Source of the DNA: an uncultured virus (IMG/VR IMGVR_UViG_3300022885_000007)
Taxonomy: Duplodnaviria; Heunggongvirae; Uroviricota; Caudoviricetes
Length of the DNA: 20,000 nt
IMG/VR virus record: IMGVR_UViG_3300022885_000007
Reading direction: 5' to 3' (one strand)
This document shows positions 15,399 through 20,000 of the stretch, piece after piece; the stretch's first letter is position 1; every line of letters begins with the position of its first letter. Made by a program: the position numbers and the translations under genes. The notes beneath the pieces were generated by a model. The model ran no database searches and was not told the origin of the DNA. It worked only from the letters and a program-made list of their open reading frames with translations.

Positions 15399-16404
15399 AG
15401 CAAACTCATTTTATGAGAACTGGTTAGATACCACTGGACTGTCAGCCAGTAATGGACAAAATCACAAGTTAAATCTAACTCCTGAATGGTTCTCGGAGAT
15501 GGTGACATTTAATGACACCAAGTTAGCTAAATGGCGCACGGATGCCGCTAGAAGATGTCATGCTGAATTGGGACCTTTCCCTGCATTATGTTTTAGTGGT
15601 GGTATCGATAGTCAAGCAATGTTACATTGTTTCGCAGAAGCGGATTTAGAAGCACATGTCATTATATTTACCTTCAAGGATGGATTAAACAAACAAGACT
15701 GTGAACATGCTAAACAATACTGTCAAAAATTTGATATTCCGTATAGAGAAATCGAGTTTGATATTGTTCAGTTCTTGACCAGAGACAATGCATCTATGAC
15801 TGAGAAATACGGAGGCGTAAGTCCTCATTTTAACACTCATTATAGATTTATTGAAATATTAACTCAGTTGGGGTACACTGGTGTCTGTTTCGGTGGAGTT
15901 GCCCCTGATAGAAACGTAGGCACATACGGTAAAAATATTGGAAAGGTGGCATTTCACTGGACTAAGATCGCAGACAAATTTGAAATCGCAGTTTGTGGTA
16001 GTTTTTTGAGTTATTCACCCGAATTAGCATGGGCAATATCATTATCTACTCCAGACATTCAAAATACCATGTATGATCAAAATTCAACAAAATTAACTCA
16101 AATAGATGTACAACTTGAGGTAGAAAAAGAAAGGTATGATGCTAAGTTGATTGGTTACAGGCGAGTAGGGTTTGATCTTGTCCCTCAAGCGCGAAAATAT
16201 ACAGGGTTTGAATTAGTCAAAGAACATTTTGCTGAAGAAGCTAGTGATGGTTGGGCATTCGAGAAACGATTTCGGTATCCACTGACGAGAATGGAGGGTG
16301 GCAAGTATAACAGTGATCAACACACTTACAAGATAAGCTTGACAAGCGAACAACTTACCGCACTAGACAATATCTACTTCAAGCACTTTCCCTCTAGCGA
16401 TTGA
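15385..16404 (+). CDS. PP-loop adenine-nucleotide alpha hydrolase (asparagine-synthase C-domain-like), no glutaminase domain
   Basis: LCFSGGIDSQ PP-loop and a late RKYTGFE motif; TTG start overlaps the upstream gene. Confidence 0.75.
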   Translation: MLQSKANSFYENWLDTTGLSASNGQNHKLNLTPEWFSEMVTFNDTKLAKWRTDAARRCHAELGPFPALCFSGGIDSQAMLHCFAEADLEAHVIIFTFKDGLNKQDCEHAKQYCQKFDIPYREIEFDIVQFLTRDNASMTEKYGGVSPHFNTHYRFIEILTQLGYTGVCFGGVAPDRNVGTYGKNIGKVAFHWTKIADKFEIAVCGSFLSYSPELAWAISLSTPDIQNTMYDQNSTKLTQIDVQLEVEKERYDAKLIGYRRVGFDLVPQARKYTGFELVKEHFAEEASDGWAFEKRFRYPLTRMEGGKYNSDQHTYKISLTSEQLTALDNIYFKHFPSSD

Positions 16405-17178
16405 TCCTCTTCCTGGATTCGAACGTAACATAGCACCTACATAATTAACATTCTGGTCTAGTTGAGTCGTGGCCCATAGACGATTAGCTAAATGAATGTT
16501 ATATCCACTGTATTTTATGCCATTCAGTCTATCATCTTTATACGGATTTAAATGTGTTACGAGTATACCGTAATGTTCTAACCCAGTTTCCCAGTTTCTA
16601 ATCTTGTTTTCTTGTTCAATAAATCTCTGATGCACCCATTCAGGCGATGCCCAGGTAGTCAAATCACCAAATAGTTTTAAATCGGTGCCAGGATAAATAT
16701 CAGACTCTAATTTATGCACGGGAGTTGCCTCTAGTCCGATATTGCAATAAAACCAGGTGTCTTCCCAGTCACCATCGTATGATTTAATATTCGGAAAACC
16801 AAAACATGTCCAGACAGAAACAGTTTGACCCGTCCGCAATAATATATTCAGTCCTTCATCTGTCCTAGGGTCTCGCCAATGCAAGTTTTTTGGCCAATCC
16901 CCATGTGAGCTACGTATGGTCATTGAATTTTCATATTCATCTTTCCATTTGTCTACGACTGTCTGGTAACGTTCTTTATATCCATCGTTATAAACAAATT
17001 GAATGTCAGGGTACATGGCACACAATTGATATGCATAATATATACTTCGTTTGCCGTGATGTGCCAAGTTGCCGTTGAAGATTACTAAATCAACGTCGGG
17101 TAATGCTAAGTCTGCAGGTTCTGTTGGTTCGTTAAAACCATAATAAAGATCATGTATTAGGTGTACTTTAAAGGACAT
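16363..17178 (-). CDS. Degenerate calcineurin-like metallophosphoesterase-fold protein, 271 aa (start revised to MSFKVHLIHDL)
   Basis: Motif order is retained (IHDLY, DLVIFNGNL, VYNDGYKE, VTHLNP, SNP) but most metal ligands are substituted. Confidence 0.65.
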   Translation of the reverse strand: MSFKVHLIHDLYYGFNEPTEPADLALPDVDLVIFNGNLAHHGKRSIYYAYQLCAMYPDIQFVYNDGYKERYQTVVDKWKDEYENSMTIRSSHGDWPKNLHWRDPRTDEGLNILLRTGQTVSVWTCFGFPNIKSYDGDWEDTWFYCNIGLEATPVHKLESDIYPGTDLKLFGDLTTWASPEWVHQRFIEQENKIRNWETGLEHYGILVTHLNPYKDDRLNGIKYSGYNIHLANRLWATTQLDQNVNYVGAMLRSNPGRGSIARGKVLEVDIV

Positions 17179-17183
17179 GCTAA

Positions 17184-17189
17184 TATTTA
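17184..17189 (-). promoter_or_regulatory. TAAATA box, 5 nt upstream of ATG 17178
   Basis: Minus strand reads TAAATA-ttagc-ATG. Confidence 0.75.
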
Positions 17190-17251
17190 GTAACAATAAA
17201 TACTGTTGTACAATTCTTTTACAGTTATTCTTTATTCCCAGCAAATAGTGA

Positions 17252-17257
17252 TAAATA
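17252..17257 (+). promoter_or_regulatory. TAAATA box upstream of the S8 gene, 38 nt from the ATG, with a GGAG SD in between
   Basis: Intergenic gaTAAATA; ttggagccctaacacATG downstream. Confidence 0.65.
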
Positions 17258-17295
17258 CATAAAGTTAAGCATAACAAATTTTGGAGCCCTAACAC

Positions 17296-19077
17296 ATGAG
17301 TAAATTAAAAGTTACATTTGACAGTGATGCAGATGCATTAGCATTTGCAAATAAGTGGAAACTGTCTGACGTACCAGTCAGCAATTCATTAGATATTGAT
17401 TGGCATTTAGCAGAGGATGCAGTCAAGGATCCTACTGTTATCACGCACACACAATTAGATACTGATGAACACGAGTTCATCGTTGAAAGCACACTGTACA
17501 ACCTCGAAGTGTTGGATGATTGTACTGTCGAAGAAGATTTGGGTAGCGGATTTTTTAGAGTTACATCTAAGTCTGGCCTGGTTTTAGCAAAAGCAGTTAC
17601 AAGCATCGATGTTTCTGATACCCCATTAGCGTTTTTGGGCGTAAGTAGCATGACAGGGATGGATTCTGCTGATTCTGCAATCGATCCAACAAGTTCAGAA
17701 GGACAATGGGCCCGCATACGAGTAGCATCACATTATCGTCCATTGGCAACATCGTATGCAATGCATGATACAAATTACCTTTCAAAACCTGAATTATATA
17801 TTATGGATACAGGTGTTGATTCACAACATGCCGAATTTCAAGGCGCAGATTTAGAAATGTCAACATTCTGGTGTATGCCAGGTGTTTGGGTAGCGGATGA
17901 TCAAATGGGTCACGGTACTGGTGTAGCATCAATGGCAGTAGGCGCTAACTTGGGTATCGCAGATAACGTAAAACTCAAAATAATTAAAATTCAAGGTAAA
18001 GCATCAGACAATGTAACATTAGCACCTGATGCGGCTACTGTTACTGCAACTATGACACAGCTAGGTGAAGCACTTGATTTGCTCGAACAAACAATCGTAG
18101 CAGACCCGTTAAAGACACGTATTCTTAATGTTTCTTGGGGTGTTTCAAGATCAGCATTCCTAGATCGTAAGTTCCAAGCATTAATAGATGCGGGTGTTAC
18201 TATCATCGCGGCGGCGGGTAACAATGGCATTGACGTTGATTTAGTCACTCCAGCTGGAATCAGTGGTTGTTTAACTGTTGGTGCAACTGACAAGTACGAT
18301 ATCCCAGCTGGATATAACAACATTTCACCAAGTGATTCAGGCCTTGCTACATCACCTGGCTTAAATTTAGATTTATTTGCTCCTGGTGATGAAGTTATGA
18401 TAGCTCATCCGACTGGTAGTGCAAGTGCATATGGTATATCATCTGGTACATCGTTTGCGGCTCCTCTTGTAGCAGGTGTTGCCGTTGTGATTGGTTCTAT
18501 GAACGAGTCATTAGTAACAGCAAATGAAATGAAAAATATAGTTATGTCTACATCAACTAAAAATGCGTTGCTATTCGAAGACACAACCTTTAGTGCTAAT
18601 CAAAACAATTTAGCATACATTTTTACTGCTGACCCAATGGCGTCTTACAAAAATGCAGACATGGTATCATATCTAGGTGTTAGTTCTGAAGAGCCCTTAG
18701 TCATAGATTTAAACTCGAACATTGACATAGCCACGTGGAAAGAGATGTATCCCGATGATACGCCGGTGTATTCTCTCGCATTCATAGATGATGTGATTAA
18801 AGAAGAATACGAAGACTATGTATCTATTGACAGCGAGACTGGTATAGTTACAATTGAGTTGGCAACCGGTGTTGAGTTACCTAATGATACTAGGTTGGAA
18901 ATGGTTGAATTTAGGGGAATTGCTACGACTAGTAGAGTAACAGTAACATCAAATACTATTTTTTACTTCCACAGCAACGCAGATCATAGTGACACATCGG
19001 AATCAGATGTTACATTAGCACTATCAGATGTCAACAGTATTAGTTTCTTTGCTTATTGGGCCAGGTTCTTAAAATAA
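17296..19077 (+). CDS. Subtilisin-family (S8) serine protease with N-terminal pro-region and C-terminal extension, 593 aa
   Basis: Catalytic motifs IMDTG, GHGTGVAS and SGTSFAAP; oxyanion motif AAGN. No signal peptide. Confidence 0.93.
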   Translation: MSKLKVTFDSDADALAFANKWKLSDVPVSNSLDIDWHLAEDAVKDPTVITHTQLDTDEHEFIVESTLYNLEVLDDCTVEEDLGSGFFRVTSKSGLVLAKAVTSIDVSDTPLAFLGVSSMTGMDSADSAIDPTSSEGQWARIRVASHYRPLATSYAMHDTNYLSKPELYIMDTGVDSQHAEFQGADLEMSTFWCMPGVWVADDQMGHGTGVASMAVGANLGIADNVKLKIIKIQGKASDNVTLAPDAATVTATMTQLGEALDLLEQTIVADPLKTRILNVSWGVSRSAFLDRKFQALIDAGVTIIAAAGNNGIDVDLVTPAGISGCLTVGATDKYDIPAGYNNISPSDSGLATSPGLNLDLFAPGDEVMIAHPTGSASAYGISSGTSFAAPLVAGVAVVIGSMNESLVTANEMKNIVMSTSTKNALLFEDTTFSANQNNLAYIFTADPMASYKNADMVSYLGVSSEEPLVIDLNSNIDIATWKEMYPDDTPVYSLAFIDDVIKEEYEDYVSIDSETGIVTIELATGVELPNDTRLEMVEFRGIATTSRVTVTSNTIFYFHSNADHSDTSESDVTLALSDVNSISFFAYWARFLK

Positions 19078-19099
19078 AAGAACGTTGGTAGTCTGTTAA

Positions 19100-19105
19100 T
19101 AAATA
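19100..19105 (+). promoter_or_regulatory. TAAATA box, 5 nt upstream of GTG 19111
   Basis: TAAATA-gagta-GTG. Confidence 0.75.
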
Positions 19106-19110
19106 GAGTA

Positions 19111-19896
19111 GTGAACGTAGATCATTACTTGGATAACAAACCAAATAAACATTATATAGGGACTCAACAACCATTGAGTCTTTATACTTATTCAGATGTG
19201 TTTCCTCCGACAGTCTACCAACAGATCAAGGATGCGATAATCTCGCACCTAACCACAAACAACAAATTAACCTACAAGACACACCGATCATCTTTCACAC
19301 ACAATGATAGACGTTTGCACATTGTATCTCATAAACAAAATGGTAGACAACAAGAAGTTATATACGATCTTACCTTTGAAAGGGATTGGTGGTACCAGAC
19401 ATCTGATACTATCCATGCATGGACATGGGCTACCTTGCAAAATAGTATTCATCCGTTGTTCTTTCATGTACTCACAACATTTAACAACGAATCACCATTC
19501 TTAGCTGATCCTGAATGTTGGGTGCCGTATAGGTGGCACATCAATTACATGGAGTATACCGAATATCTGCAGGTACACGGTGACATGAATCCTCAGTATT
19601 TTAACACGCCCACAAGTCAAGATGCAAGAGCAAGAACAACAACCTTTTATTTACATGATCATGTAGAAGGCCATGGAGGTGAGTTTTACACGATGGGTGG
19701 CTATGTTTATAAGCCCAAGCAGAATGAAGCAATATCAATTAACGGTAACGCATGTTATCATGGTGTTAATTCCAATATGGACCCCGATAAAGAACCACGT
19801 CTAGCATTCTCTATACGTTGGGCACATAAAGATGATTTGTATTTACCAGGACATCCTGATAAAGCAATGTATACTATAGACTTTCCGGAGAAGTAA
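19111..19896 (+). CDS. 2OG-Fe(II) oxygenase (prolyl-hydroxylase-like), 261 aa
   Basis: HGD...GGEF...YHGV...R: HxD/H triad plus a probable 2OG-binding Arg. Confidence 0.85.
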   Translation: MNVDHYLDNKPNKHYIGTQQPLSLYTYSDVFPPTVYQQIKDAIISHLTTNNKLTYKTHRSSFTHNDRRLHIVSHKQNGRQQEVIYDLTFERDWWYQTSDTIHAWTWATLQNSIHPLFFHVLTTFNNESPFLADPECWVPYRWHINYMEYTEYLQVHGDMNPQYFNTPTSQDARARTTTFYLHDHVEGHGGEFYTMGGYVYKPKQNEAISINGNACYHGVNSNMDPDKEPRLAFSIRWAHKDDLYLPGHPDKAMYTIDFPEK

Positions 19897-20000
19897 TGCA
19901 CATTATTAAAAAGATAACATGGGAAGAAATTTTACCAGTCTGGAGGGATCATCTATGGATAGAAAGAAAATCAGTCATAGAATCAACCAGTGCCATGTGT
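19896..20000 (+). CDS. 5' part of a gene truncated by the window edge (MHIIKKITWEEILPVWRDHLWIERKSVIESTSAMC...), possibly a GNAT acetyltransferase
   Basis: TAATG coupling and open to the window end. The GNAT call rests only on recalled N-terminal similarity. Confidence 0.55.
   Translation, partial: MHIIKKITWEEILPVWRDHLWIERKSVIESTSAMC

Noticed and set aside
10237..19504. Short ORFs overlapping the right-half enzymes (e.g. 10237..10488, 11086..11376, 12384..12701, 15140..15349, 16890..17078, 17289..17717, 17991..18323, 19304..19504)
   Set aside because: They overlap motif-bearing genes and have no motifs or initiation signals of their own.
1..20000. Stop-codon reassignment as seen in some large phages
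   Set aside because: Genes tile the window almost completely under the standard code, and TAA, TGA and TAG all occur as stops at gene boundaries.

Overview
This 20 kb window looks like part of a large dsDNA tailed-phage genome (T4-like or jumbo myovirus style, standard genetic code). No structural or replication hallmark genes are present, so this assignment is inferred from gene families, gene packing and promoter motifs. It has two divergent halves that meet at about 10140-10187. Left half (1-10111, all minus strand): more than 35 small, tightly coupled accessory ORFs behind sigma70-type promoters (probably early genes). These include two DUF551-like proteins, a DEDDh-like exonuclease, a WYL_2/SH3-like protein and a calcineurin-like metallophosphoesterase. 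Right half (10187-20000, mostly plus strand): an enzyme island with a nucleotidyltransferase, cupin, PMM-like HAD, GDPD-like, SGNH-like, glycosyltransferase-like, HExxH peptidase, two 2OG-Fe(II) oxygenases, a PP-loop ATPase, a degenerate phosphoesterase, an S8 subtilase and a possible GNAT. Four signals stand out: (1) five right-half transcription units start exactly 5 nt after a TAAATA late-promoter-like box, suggesting a leaderless late regulon; (2) three diverged paralogs sit in tandem, separated by identical 42-nt chimeric junctions that each encode a translationally coupled 15-aa mini-ORF; (3) a highly foldable ~165-nt intergenic element lies directly downstream of the WYL_2-like gene; (4) an unannotated, apparently leaderless, very acidic 38-aa peptide. 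All product calls come from reading motifs by eye; no database searches were run.
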